64,000 nucleotides of DNA from Thecamonas trahens ATCC 50062 (Eukaryota; Protista; Apusomonadida): the NCBI RefSeq assembly GCF_000142905.1, contig NW_013657650.1, forward strand, positions 131,388 to 195,387. Reading direction: 5' to 3'. A program made the position numbers and the translations under genes. The first letter of the stretch is position 1; each line of letters starts with the position of its first letter. The notes under the pieces are model-generated. The model saw only the letters and a list, made by a program, of their open reading frames with translations, did not search any database and was not told where the DNA came from. This document shows positions 21,682 to 31,735 of this stretch, in pieces.

Positions 21682-22019
21682 GTCGAGGCGCAGCACACGA
21701 GCTGGGGACGAGTGTCCTACTCTTGACCGCGTCAGAGGCCTGCACGCTGCGCCGTTTCTACACCTCGCCAAGACATGGGATGAACAGTCCCCTCCGTCAT
21801 TCCCCCCTCATCCCCATCACACCGATCACACCGATTGCACCGATGGCACTCATCCCTTCCCCCCACCCCCCTCCCTCGCGCAGCCCGCATGTCCGCCCAA
21901 CGACACCAGTCGGCCATCCATCCGCAACGACAGTGCCCCCCCTCCCCTCCCCCACCCCCACCCACCACCAACCAACCAACCCAGGTACCACACCTCTTTA
22001 CTCATCAAAGCACTGCAGC

Positions 22020-23012
22020 ATGGCTTCCTCACCCGGCGTCCCTCCGTTCTCGCTCACCTCACCCAGGTTCGACCAGTCGACCTTCTACGGGCGGTGGAAG
22101 CACTTTGTGTCCATGGTGAACCCGGCCAACATGCTCATCACCTCGTCCCAGGTCGATGACTCGATGGCTCTGCTCGAGGCCTACCGGGCTGGGCATGTCG
22201 ATTCGACCAAGGTCTCGGATGCTGAGCTGTGGGAGGCCCGCCGGATCAAGGAAGCTGTCATCCACCCCGATACCGGCAAGCCCATCCCGCTCCCGCTGCG
22301 CATGGCCGCCTTCATCCCCATCAACATCCCGCTCATTGTGTGGATGACCTGGCCAGGCGCCTCGGCCGCCATGACGGTGGCTGGCCAGATTGCCAACCAG
22401 TCGCTCAACGTCGGCGTCAACTACGCCAACCGCAACGCCTCGTCCGAGCAGTCGATGACCTCCATCGCCGCCGCCTACGTCGGTGCCACCTCGGTGGCCC
22501 TCGGCGTCTCTCTCAGCGGCCGGTCGTACATGCTCAAGCACGGCGCCAAGCTGCCGCCGGTCGTTGGCCGCCTTGTGCCGTACGCTGCCGTTGCCACCGC
22601 CGGTGCCGCCGGCATGGTCATCATGCGGTTCAAGGAGCTGACTGACGGTGTCATGCTCAAGGACCACACTGGGACCGAGCACGGCCTCTCGCGCAAGGCC
22701 GGCATCATCGGCGTGGCCAAGACCGCCCTCTCCCGTGCTGTCTTCTTCCCCATCTTCCCCATGGTCCTTCCGCCGCTCATCATGGACGTCATTGCCCGCA
22801 ACACCTCCATCCTCAAGAAGTTCCCCAAGGCTGCCCTTCCGCTCGAGGTTGTCACCATTGCCACTTGCATGATGACCTTCCTCCCCATGGCCATCGCCAT
22901 GTTCCCGCAGGACGAGTCGGTTCCGGCCTCCATCCTCGAGCCCGAGTTCCAGGGCAAGGTCGATCTCACCGGCAAGCCCATCGAGTACTTTACCTTTAAC
23001 AAGGGCCTCTAA
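22020..23012 (+). CDS. SFXN: Sideroflexin (SFXN/Fsf1) mitochondrial transporter
   Basis: PRFDQSTFYGRWKHF, HPDTG..IP..LRMAAFIP, NQSLN..VNYANRN, AIAMFPQ, FNKGL*. Confidence 0.96.
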   Translation: MASSPGVPPFSLTSPRFDQSTFYGRWKHFVSMVNPANMLITSSQVDDSMALLEAYRAGHVDSTKVSDAELWEARRIKEAVIHPDTGKPIPLPLRMAAFIPINIPLIVWMTWPGASAAMTVAGQIANQSLNVGVNYANRNASSEQSMTSIAAAYVGATSVALGVSLSGRSYMLKHGAKLPPVVGRLVPYAAVATAGAAGMVIMRFKELTDGVMLKDHTGTEHGLSRKAGIIGVAKTALSRAVFFPIFPMVLPPLIMDVIARNTSILKKFPKAALPLEVVTIATCMMTFLPMAIAMFPQDESVPASILEPEFQGKVDLTGKPIEYFTFNKGL

Positions 23013-23255
23013 CCACGATCACAACCACCCCACGTCGATCGAGACGCAATCAGCATTGTCAACCAGTCAACCAGTTAGCCCGCCCGCCAGCTAGCCAGCT
23101 AGCTACCAAGCCTGCCAGCTAACGAGCTCATGAATCCATCGTCTCCTTGCTGGTAAGACCTCCCCCCCCCCCTCCCCTCCCCTCCCACCCACCCACCCAC
23201 GCACTCACCACACTCAACGACTCCCCTCACTTCTCCCACTTCTCCAACACCCACC

Positions 23256-23734
23256 ATGGTACGACAGCACCCCCCCCCCCCCCCCCCCTCCCTCTTCCCC
23301 ATCCCCACCACCGCTTGCTGCTGCCTGCAAGTAGTATCGCCGTGGCAGGCCTGTCGCAAGCCCCCGCTCCCCCCTCCCTCCTCCCTCCCAAGACACACTC
23401 CAACTCACACCTCGCATTCAACACGTTCATCCAGTCGCACACCATCGTCCTCGTTCAGCTCAACCGCAAGCCGTCGTCGCGAACGTACTCGGACTTTGAG
23501 TCTGTGGCATCAGCCATGGACGGCGTGTGCAAGCTGTACGAGCAGCGGCTGCAGCAGCTGAACCCGGACGAGGACATCCTCTCGTACGACATCTCGGACC
23601 TGCTCAACTTTATCGATCAGCTCGGTGACATCTCGTGCCTCGTGGCCTCGTCCGCCACGGGCCAGTACGTCCCGCACGACCGCGAGTGGATCAAGGCCCG
23701 CCTCCGCAAGCGCCTTCGCCAGATCGCGGCCTAG
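23256..23734 (+). CDS. ERH: Enhancer of rudimentary homolog; exon 1 = ATG only (23256-23258), exon 2 = 23435-23734
   Basis: M|SHTIVLVQ...SRTYSDFESV..AMDGVCKLYEQRL..LNP....YDISDL..FIDQLGDISCLV...YVPHDREWIK; GTACGA...CAG intron. Confidence 0.95.
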
Positions 23735-23754
23735 TCAGCTCCTGCTGCTGCTCC

Positions 23755-24692
23755 CTAAAAGTCGACCACCAGCGCCGCCCACTTGCCACGCTTCTTCTTC
23801 TTCTTCTTCCCCCCCGCCACAGCAGGCGGGATCGGCGCCCCGCGCGAGGTCTCAACCCGCCCGCCAAGCGCAAAGAGCGAGACAGTGCCGTTTGCGGCCG
23901 ACGGGCCGACGTCCTGCTCGCCGTCCATCGGCACAATGTCCATGCCCGAGCCGCCTGCAGTCGACGTGCTCGCTCCGGCGGTGCTAAGCATACCAGGCTC
24001 GTAGTTGACCGGCTTGACGCCAAGCTCCTTGGCAGCTGCCTCCCATGCCGCCATCTCGGCCGCGTGACGCTCCTTCACCTCCTTGGACATCTCCTTGATC
24101 TTGCGGGCGATGTTCTTCTTGGCCTGCTTCTCTGCAAGCACGTGCTTGTCGAGCCGCTTGGATGCTGCACGGAGATCGGCGATCTCCTCGCGGACCCGCT
24201 TCCACTCTGACCGGTGCTTGTGCATCAGCGCGCCCTTGGTCACCTTGGATCCGCTGCGATACACTGCAGCCTCCTCCACCTTGCCACCCTCGGCGATACC
24301 AGCCGCGGCGGCAAGGTCGGCAGCATCCTGTCTGATCCGCTCAGCCCTGGCCATCTCCTCCATGGTCAGAGCAACCTCACCCCGCTCTTCTTTGCCTTGC
24401 CCTTGCCCTTGCCTCCCGACCCGCCACCGCCGTCCATGGCTACCACCTCCATGCTCATGCCTGCATCGGTCGGATCGGTGCCATCCTCGCCCATCCGCCG
24501 GTCGGCAGGGGCATGGTCATGGAAGGAGCGGACACGGCCACCGGTAACAGCTGAGAGCGCCTGCCCGGCAAGTACATCAGCAGACGGAATGGTGCTCTCG
24601 ATCTCCACGCCTTCTGCAGTGTACACCCGTTGCCTGATGCGGTACGGCTGGTTGGCTCGCTCCTCACGCCGGCTCCGCTTGGACTTGCCCAT
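23755..24692 (-). CDS. Basic coiled-coil protein with an OTUD6/Otu2-like N-terminal helical motif (frameshift at C4 24380-24383)
   Basis: MGKSKRSRR start; HKHRSEWKRVREEI...KKNIARKIKEMSKEVKERHAAE; poly-Lys NLS-like tail; adding one G joins the two ORFs. Confidence 0.6.
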
Positions 24693-24994
24693 GACTGGCG
24701 AGTTGAGTGGCAAGGAGAGGGGAGAGGAGGGCGAGGCAGGGGCCGGGGGGGGGGGGGGGGGGGGGGCTGATCTCGGGCGTGGGATAACATTCCGATCGTC
24801 CTTCTCCAATCTCATACACCAGATGGAAGCATATGAGGGTATGGGCGCAATGGTGGAATGGTGGAGGAGATCGGATGTGTGGTAGTCTGTCGTCTTGCAG
24901 CACCCAGTCCGTCAGCTGCGTTCCCCTGTCAGTCCCCCTCACCCCCCTCCCTCCCCCCACTCACGGCAAACACCCAACTCGATCGATCTCTAGC

Positions 24995-25837
24995 ATGCTC
25001 CGGCTCGCCACGACAGTAGGCGGACTAGGCGCACTCATTGCAGCCAACAAAGTCCATGAGAGCCTGTGGTACTCGCCCACTCCGCCTGCTCGCCTCTCCT
25101 CGGAGGGCATCCCCTGCCACGCGTGTGCCTCCTTCCGCCGCTCGCTCATCGTGGCCGCTGTTCTCGGCGCTGGCTCGCTGGCTACAAACGCTGCAGTGGC
25201 TGCTACCGCTGCTGCTCCCTGGACTCTGCCACTACCGCCTCCTGCCCGACTCATGTCCTCGGCGTATCTTGGCTTTGTCGTCGCCATCTGCGCACATCAG
25301 GTCATCGAGAACCATTTGATCCCACGAGCCGTCCGGGGCCGCGCCGCCGTACGTGCTGACAAGGCGGGCATCCGCGTCCCGGGCGAGGCTGCGGCTCCTT
25401 CACGCCCATCGCTGATGACAATACCGGACGTCTCTAACGTTCCATCCGACGACGATGCCGCACATGCCACGCTCTCTCTCGACGCCATCGAGTCGGACGA
25501 TGCCTCCGGCGATGACACCGGTCAGTGGCTCGCACTGCTCGACGCGGAGCTGAAGCGTCCACAGTCGTGGATCCTGTCGCCTTTTGAGCTTGGCTGCCTG
25601 AGTGTTTTCACTGTCCTTGCCACAGACGCAGTCATTGTTGCCAACGCCCTTATCTGGCCGCCGCGCGCCCGTCGCCCCACTCTCTTCCGTCGCGCCCGCA
25701 AGCTGATGCTCCCGCGGACCCGCGCCCGAACTGTGGCAGCCTTTATCGGCGGTGCTGTTGTCGCGCCGCTTGTCTCGCTTGTGCAGGACCTCGTTCACTC
25801 GCTGCCAACCGCTCCTTCACCCACCAAGAAAGAGTGA
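24995..25837 (+). CDS. Hypothetical multi-pass membrane protein, possibly mitochondrial
   Basis: Long ORF with several hydrophobic segments; MLRLATT start. Confidence 0.55.
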   Translation: MLRLATTVGGLGALIAANKVHESLWYSPTPPARLSSEGIPCHACASFRRSLIVAAVLGAGSLATNAAVAATAAAPWTLPLPPPARLMSSAYLGFVVAICAHQVIENHLIPRAVRGRAAVRADKAGIRVPGEAAAPSRPSLMTIPDVSNVPSDDDAAHATLSLDAIESDDASGDDTGQWLALLDAELKRPQSWILSPFELGCLSVFTVLATDAVIVANALIWPPRARRPTLFRRARKLMLPRTRARTVAAFIGGAVVAPLVSLVQDLVHSLPTAPSPTKKE

Positions 25838-28330
25838 AGCCGACGTGGCGTGTTCGGTGAACCGGGTGAGGAGCATTTCGAGCTCAGCCTCGGTCGCTGT
25901 TGCCTCGATGCGGTCAAAGAGCTTATCCGACATCCGCGATTTGGACTTGCGTCCGTTCTTGCGTTCGCCCTTGGCGCTACCTCCACCGGTGCTCGGCTTG
26001 AGAAGACTCTTGCCGAGGGCAGCGACCTCATCCGGCGTCGCGCTCAGCCGTGTCGTCTCTGACGCGTACCGCGCGCCAAACTCCGACAGTGCCGCCAGCG
26101 CATCCGCCGCGTCGGCCATCAGCGCATCCACCGACGGCAGCTGACGCAGGACCGGCACACCTCCACTTGCCGTCCGCTGGAGAAACCGGTGGATGAGATT
26201 GGTCTGGCCCGCCACCCCTGCCACGTCGAGCGGCTCGCTCGCGAGCATGCTCTCCAGCCGCGCCCTGAGCCGAGCCAGATACGCCTGGAACGTCCGCCGT
26301 GCCTGGAGGATCGAGAGCAGTGGGCCCGGAAAGGCCAGCAGCTGCTTGACGCGCAACCGCTCGCCGCTGGCCCGCGTCGATTTGGCTGACTGCGGCCGGC
26401 CACCGTCCCGCCCGCTCGTGGACTCGGAGCAACGTTTTGCTCTGGACCTTGCTGGCGAGCGTGCCGTCGCCGGGCGTGCCGCCGCTGACCGCATCGGCTT
26501 GGTCAGCTCGGTCTCTACTACCGCGGCCGATGGCGGTTCGAGGACCCGAAGCTCGCCGGGCCTGCGCCACAGCGCGCGGACAACCCGCGACGGCACCGCC
26601 GTTGACTTGTCGTCAAAGAATTTGACGTACGACGGCGCGTCGGCGGCTGGGTAAAGAATGCGAAAGGAAGTTGTTGCGGCGCGGGCGAACTCGTCCGCGA
26701 GGAGTGCCTCGAGCGCCGCGTGGGTCACGTCACACGCCGCCGCCGGAGGACGCATCGATTTGGCGGCTTTGGGGTCGACAAACCCGACGAGGTTGAACAT
26801 GTCTGCCACCAGCTCGCCCTTGATCTTAAGATCGAGCGGCGAGCCGCAGGCGAGCGACGGCGTGAGGTTGACCTCAATGAGCCACGGCTTGAGCCCCTCA
26901 TCAAGCAGGATGTCGAGGCCATACAGCTCGAAGCAGTTGCCGACGTGCGGGACAAAGGAGCGTTCGGCGTTGCCCATCGGCCCCTCGACCGCCACAAACG
27001 TCTTGACAATGAGGTCGTCGATCGCACTTGCCACGGCGTCAACATCAACCCTGTCAGCTGCCAGCCGCGCGTACAGCGCCGAAAGCGACCACTTGGACCC
27101 GACTCCATCAGCGGCCGCTGAGGTGTTGGCCACAAACTTGGCAGACGACTTGTTGACCGAGTAGTTGGTGAGATGCATGAACAAATTGTCGCACTGCGCC
27201 GGATCCGCAGAGTACTGCTCGGTGCAGAACCGTGCGAGGCCCTCCTCGTACACATACACCCGCAGTGGCGAGTACGAGGTGACAACGACGTAGATTCTGA
27301 GATCAAACTTGAGCCCGTCAATGAGGTACGGGTTGGCGATGTACTCGGACGCCACACACGCGTGCTCGAGCACCGCAGCATCAACCTGCCGCAAGTCCGA
27401 GACCAGGAAAATCCCGCGCCCGCGCGAGAGCGTTGTTGGCTTGACAATAAACATCCGCCGCCGCCGTTGCGCCCGATAGTGCGCCGTAAACGCATCAAGC
27501 TCGCGCGGCAGCGCAAAGGTCGCAGGCATGAACCCGTACGACTCACCAAACCGCGCTGCCATCCGCGCCACGTTGTGATACAAACGGTCCTTGCGCGTGA
27601 CCTCAAACGCTCGTGGAAAGTGGTTGATCCGCTGGTACGAAGCCATTCGTCGCATCGCACCCGGCCGGATGTGGCACCCGCTCCACTGCAGCGACCACGT
27701 CGTCTTGGCCTTGGGCAGCGGCGGCAGCGGCGGTGCTGCGCCGGTGCCCGGCCTCACGCCTGGGCCCGACCTTGCGGCGGCGCCCGACCCTCTAGCAGCA
27801 CAGATCTGCTCCACATCCGTGTCCGATCTCGACGCCGCTCGCCCTCCCGCCGCCCGCCCGCTCACCACGCGTCCGCTCGGTGCCTGGCTCTTTGTCTCGA
27901 TGCAGTGATAGCCATGCAGCATGAGCGTCGACCGAATGATGCGAGTCTCAGTATTAAGGAACCGAAAGGCGAGCTTGTGCCCTTTGCCATCACCGCCACC
28001 TTGATCTTGGTCTCCATCATCACCGCCGCTGCCATCGCCACTGCCATCACCATTGTCTGGGTCATCTGGCACCCGATAGTCCTTGGCCACCATGGCAACT
28101 ACCGGAGAAAACCGGTAGACCGGTCCACGGATGGAGCTCTGGGTGGCCAGGACCCGACCAGCGTCATGCTCGCCCGCCTTGCTCGCACGCGTCGCCGCCG
28201 CCTTGCGGACTCGGACCATGCGCTTGCCTCCTACCGCCGCCACCACACGCTTAGCCTTGAGCCTTTGCACCTCGCCCCTAGCCTTGCTCCCCCTCTCTTC
28301 CTCGTCGCCCGCCTCGGTGGCCTTGGTCAT
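25817..28330 (-). CDS. TTLL5: Tubulin polyglutamylase TTLL5-like
   Basis: INHFPRAFEVTRKDRLY, IVKP...RGRGI, KFDLRIYVVVTSY.PL..Y.YEEGLARF, MHLTNYSVNK, PWLIEVN; TTLL5-type C-terminal LSILQARRTFQAYL and TEAELEMLL...SASLFLG. Confidence 0.9.
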   Translation of the reverse strand: MTKATEAGDEEERGSKARGEVQRLKAKRVVAAVGGKRMVRVRKAAATRASKAGEHDAGRVLATQSSIRGPVYRFSPVVAMVAKDYRVPDDPDNGDGSGDGSGGDDGDQDQGGGDGKGHKLAFRFLNTETRIIRSTLMLHGYHCIETKSQAPSGRVVSGRAAGGRAASRSDTDVEQICAARGSGAAARSGPGVRPGTGAAPPLPPLPKAKTTWSLQWSGCHIRPGAMRRMASYQRINHFPRAFEVTRKDRLYHNVARMAARFGESYGFMPATFALPRELDAFTAHYRAQRRRRMFIVKPTTLSRGRGIFLVSDLRQVDAAVLEHACVASEYIANPYLIDGLKFDLRIYVVVTSYSPLRVYVYEEGLARFCTEQYSADPAQCDNLFMHLTNYSVNKSSAKFVANTSAAADGVGSKWSLSALYARLAADRVDVDAVASAIDDLIVKTFVAVEGPMGNAERSFVPHVGNCFELYGLDILLDEGLKPWLIEVNLTPSLACGSPLDLKIKGELVADMFNLVGFVDPKAAKSMRPPAAACDVTHAALEALLADEFARAATTSFRILYPAADAPSYVKFFDDKSTAVPSRVVRALWRRPGELRVLEPPSAAVVETELTKPMRSAAARPATARSPARSRAKRCSESTSGRDGGRPQSAKSTRASGERLRVKQLLAFPGPLLSILQARRTFQAYLARLRARLESMLASEPLDVAGVAGQTNLIHRFLQRTASGGVPVLRQLPSVDALMADAADALAALSEFGARYASETTRLSATPDEVAALGKSLLKPSTGGGSAKGERKNGRKSKSRMSDKLFDRIEATATEAELEMLLTRFTEHATSASLFLGG

Positions 28331-28816
28331 CCTCCTGCAGCCACCGCACCTCGCGCCGCCCGCTCCTTCCGCCCGTCCGCACGTTGCGGCAGAGAGGAGT
28401 GCCACTCGCCGCTTGGCGCCAATGCGAACCGCTGCTCACTCACCAGCCGCCGCCTTTGCTCTGTGACGCAACCATCACAACATGACGAAGCTTCACAGCC
28501 ATCCCGCATGTACTCCCTCACCCATCACCCCTTTCTTTGCATCACTACTTCTCTGTCGTTGTTGTACTGCTACCTCACGTGAGCGGCCGGTATCTAGCCG
28601 TCTCGAATTGGCACTGCCCGAACTAAAAAAGAAGCACGAGCCGTATGCGAGCAAATGACCGACCGCCGGCTGCCTCCAGCCGAGCCCATCCCCGCCCCCT
28701 CCCCCCCCGCAGGACGCCGGCCTTGCAGGGGGTGGTGACCTTTCTCACGAGGACAGACTAGACGACTCTCGCATAGGTCAAGAAGACAAAGGCGAAAAAG
28801 ACGAGCACTTCGGACG

Positions 28817-28853
28817 GCAGGCAAGCAAGCAAGCAAGCAAGCAGGCAGGCAGG
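28817..28853 (+). repeat. (GCAA/GCAG)n tetranucleotide repeat in a divergent intergenic region
   Basis: Directly visible. Confidence 0.85.
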
Positions 28854-28874
28854 CGAGCGCGCGTGATACTAAGC

Positions 28875-29465
28875 ATGTCCAAGGTGTCCCTTCCGCCGGG
28901 TGACGGCTTTGACGTGGCAGGCTTGGAAGCGGTGGCGACGGCGGACAATGTCGGGGCGCCGGTCAAGCAGTTTGCGGTCCAAATCCGTGATGTGGTCTTC
29001 GGCGAGCGATGTGCGCTTGTTCAGCCGTGTAATCTGTACGAGTGCCGTCTTGGCGACGATGTTTTTGTCGGCCCGTTCTCCGAGATCCAGGCCGGCGTGG
29101 TCATCGGCAATCGGACCCGCGTCCAGTCGCACACCTTTGTGTGCTCGCTCGTCACCATCGGCGATGACTGCTTTATCGGCCACGGCGTCAAGTTCATCAA
29201 CGACGCCTTTTCCGACATGCGCGTCGCTTTTGCCGACGAGGCCCACAAGTGGGAGGCGACAACTCTCGGCAACAACGTCCTCATCGGCACGAACGCTACC
29301 ATCATGCCCGTCAACATCTGTGACAACGCCGTCATCGGTGCTGGCTCGGTCGTCACCTCGGACATCACAGAGCCCGGATTTTACATGGGTGTCCCGGCCG
29401 TCCGCATAGGCGACCCGCCTCCGGACGACAAGCGCCGCAAGGCCATCGACACCGACGACCACTAG
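28875..29465 (+). CDS. Left-handed beta-helix (hexapeptide) acyltransferase, WxcM/WbpD-like
   Basis: LGDDVFVGPFSEIQ, IGNRTRVQSHTFVCSLVTIGDDCFIGHGVKFIND, IGAGSVVTSDI, YMGVPA. Confidence 0.9.
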   Translation: MSKVSLPPGDGFDVAGLEAVATADNVGAPVKQFAVQIRDVVFGERCALVQPCNLYECRLGDDVFVGPFSEIQAGVVIGNRTRVQSHTFVCSLVTIGDDCFIGHGVKFINDAFSDMRVAFADEAHKWEATTLGNNVLIGTNATIMPVNICDNAVIGAGSVVTSDITEPGFYMGVPAVRIGDPPPDDKRRKAIDTDDH

Positions 29466-29613
29466 CAGGCCACGACCCCCACACTCCCATACATAGATAG
29501 GTGTATCTGCTGAACAGGCACAGTACAGAATCGCCCGGACAGCTATCCATCCCCTTTGCTTCCACGAATGTGACCTGATCATACTCGTCTCTTCAGCTCG
29601 CTCCCTTGGTCCC

Positions 29614-30597
29614 ATGTCCCTTCCGATCGCCGCTGCTGCCTTTCTCTTCGGCATCGTCTCCGGAGTAGTGGCGGCCATCGCGATTAGGCCGCTTCGGACA
29701 CTCATCCACCTTGCTGCCACGTCGCGGTCGCGGTATGATGCCTCGCATCGGCTGCTCAACGTGGCGGCGAGCGGTCCGACGACGGCGTGGATGAATCTCG
29801 GGCTGTGGACCGGGCTCGCTGCCTCGCCGTCGGCAGCCAACGCCTTTGTCGCCGCCAACGAGCGACTCGCCGATGCGCTGGCGGCAGCGGCCGGTCTCAG
29901 TGAAGGCATGCACGTTGTCGACGTCGGCTGCGGGTGCGGCGATGCACTCGAGCGGTGGCTCTCGGTCCACGGCGCGTCGAGCGCCCTTGGCATCACGGCT
30001 GCGCCCCAGCAGGCCGCCATTGCCAGCGCGCGGCTTGAAGCAAGCGGAGCAACGGCAGGTCGTGTCGTCCTCGCCCGCGCCGAGGAGCTCGAGGATGTGG
30101 TCGCCGGTGATGGCCGCCGCCCGCACGCCATCCTCGCCCTCGATGCCGCTTACCACTTTGCCACCCGTGAGGCCTTTGCCGCCGCCGCCGCCCGGGTTCT
30201 CGCGCCGGGCGGCGTGCTCGCCACCGCCGGCCTCATGGCTGCTGTGCCGTGGGACGAGCTTTCGGTCTGCCGCAAGGCTCTCCTCGCATGCGTCCTCGCT
30301 GCCGGCGGTGTCCCGCGCGCCAACTTTGCCTACGACGCCGCCGGCTGGCGGTCCAAGCTGGAGGCACTCGGCTTTGTCAGCGTGGTGGTCGACGATGTGA
30401 CCGATGGCGTCTTTGCCGGCTTTGACCAGTTTATGGCGGGACATGCCGAGGCGCTTGCGGCCGCCGGCGTGTACGACACGTACGTTGCAGCCAAGTTCCG
30501 AGTCGCCGCCGCAGGCTTTCGTCGCCTCGCCGCCGGGGGTCTTGTCCGCTTTGTCATTGCTCGCGGTCGGCTGCCGCAGGCAGCCGACCCGGACTGA
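29614..30597 (+). CDS. Class I SAM-dependent methyltransferase with N-terminal hydrophobic anchor
   Basis: WMNLGLW, VVDVGCGCGD motif I, ILALDAAYHF, LAPGG. Confidence 0.88.
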   Translation: MSLPIAAAAFLFGIVSGVVAAIAIRPLRTLIHLAATSRSRYDASHRLLNVAASGPTTAWMNLGLWTGLAASPSAANAFVAANERLADALAAAAGLSEGMHVVDVGCGCGDALERWLSVHGASSALGITAAPQQAAIASARLEASGATAGRVVLARAEELEDVVAGDGRRPHAILALDAAYHFATREAFAAAAARVLAPGGVLATAGLMAAVPWDELSVCRKALLACVLAAGGVPRANFAYDAAGWRSKLEALGFVSVVVDDVTDGVFAGFDQFMAGHAEALAAAGVYDTYVAAKFRVAAAGFRRLAAGGLVRFVIARGRLPQAADPD

Positions 30598-30611
30598 GAC
30601 TCGGCTCAAAC

Positions 30612-31493
30612 TCACAAGCCCTGACGCGCTCGATCGGCCAGCAGCCGCTCGGCCTCGATGATGAGGTCGTGGACGAGGAAGAACTTGGCCTCCTCGAGAA
30701 CGCCGGTCAGATCCGGCTGCGGCATGCCCGGAGCGGCGTCGAGAATGAGGCGCCCGTAGCGGAGGTAGTTGAGGACCGGGCGAAAGTGGACCGGGTCGCG
30801 GTCGATGTAAAACAAGTCGTCCTTCTCCTGCGAGATGAACTTGAGATTGGCCACAAAGCGGAAAACTTCCTGGATGTCATCGTCGCCCTGCAGAAACGAC
30901 TTTGCAAGCTGGGCGTCCTCGCGGGCGTCCAGCTTGCGGATGCGGGCATTGACACTGTCGCGTTCACGCATCTTGCCCTTCCGCGCCTCGTCGACCTCCT
31001 TCAGTTGGATCTTGATCTTCTTGGCACTCTCGCCGCCGACGTCCGACTCGCTCTTGAGCGCGTCGGCGAGGCGGGCCTCGAGGGCGAGCCGCTCCTTGGC
31101 CAGCTTGCGCTCGGCCTTGTCGATGTCCTTGAGCTGAGCGTTGACCTGAGCACGCTCGGCGGCAGCGGCAGCTGTCTGGGCCAGCGACGGCAGCTTGGTC
31201 TTGCCGAGCAGATGCATTGCCGACGCGCCCTTGGGCAGGCCCTGATCGTAGAGCTTGGGTGGCGAGGCAAAGAGGACGGCGACCTCTGGCGAGTACGGGC
31301 CGTACCACACGGCCTTGAGCTTGTAGTTCCAGCTCGCCTTGACCGCTTTCTCGCCCTCGAGCGACTCGGCATGGGCAAAGAGCCGGCCGAAGAGCGACTT
31401 CTTGTCCTGCGTCAGCGAGTGCTTGGTCGTCAGGAACTGCGTACCGCCCACGTCCAGCCGAATCCACCTGGTCTTGCGTGACGAGGCGGGCAT
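30612..31493 (-). CDS. KCTD-type BTB/POZ protein whose BTB domain is split by a coiled-coil insertion
   Basis: WIRLDVGGTQFLTTKHSL...SLFGRLF, then ~185 aa, then FYIDRDPVHFRPVLNYLRYGRL...GVLEEAKFF. Confidence 0.85.
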   Translation of the reverse strand: MPASSRKTRWIRLDVGGTQFLTTKHSLTQDKKSLFGRLFAHAESLEGEKAVKASWNYKLKAVWYGPYSPEVAVLFASPPKLYDQGLPKGASAMHLLGKTKLPSLAQTAAAAAERAQVNAQLKDIDKAERKLAKERLALEARLADALKSESDVGGESAKKIKIQLKEVDEARKGKMRERDSVNARIRKLDAREDAQLAKSFLQGDDDIQEVFRFVANLKFISQEKDDLFYIDRDPVHFRPVLNYLRYGRLILDAAPGMPQPDLTGVLEEAKFFLVHDLIIEAERLLADRARQGL

Positions 31494-31735
31494 GATTTTG
31501 GCCTGAAGATTGGCGGCCTTGACAAACAGATCCAAGCCCTTGATGGCTGTGTACACAAGCGATCCCGACTTGGCTAGCAACGCAAACATCTCATGCACTG
31601 TACGCTTCCACTCCCGAGGTCGGCTGAGGCAAGCGGGAGTGAGATGTTGGTCGCTGATAACCAGCGCCGCTCACCAGCGTCGGCCGGTCCGGTGCTCATG
31701 CAGTCCCAGATTTACTCGCCGCACCCGAGCCACCG

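Noticed and set aside
27173-28582. Long antisense or alternate-frame ORFs (also 657-1862, 16965-18536, 52564-53787, 45437-46414)
   Set aside because: High GC suppresses stops; they shadow recognisable genes and are Arg/Pro/Ser-rich
28575-28584. CACGTG E-box palindromes (also ~14934, 14963, 56652)
   Set aside because: A 6-mer is expected often by chance in GC-rich DNA; no statistical support
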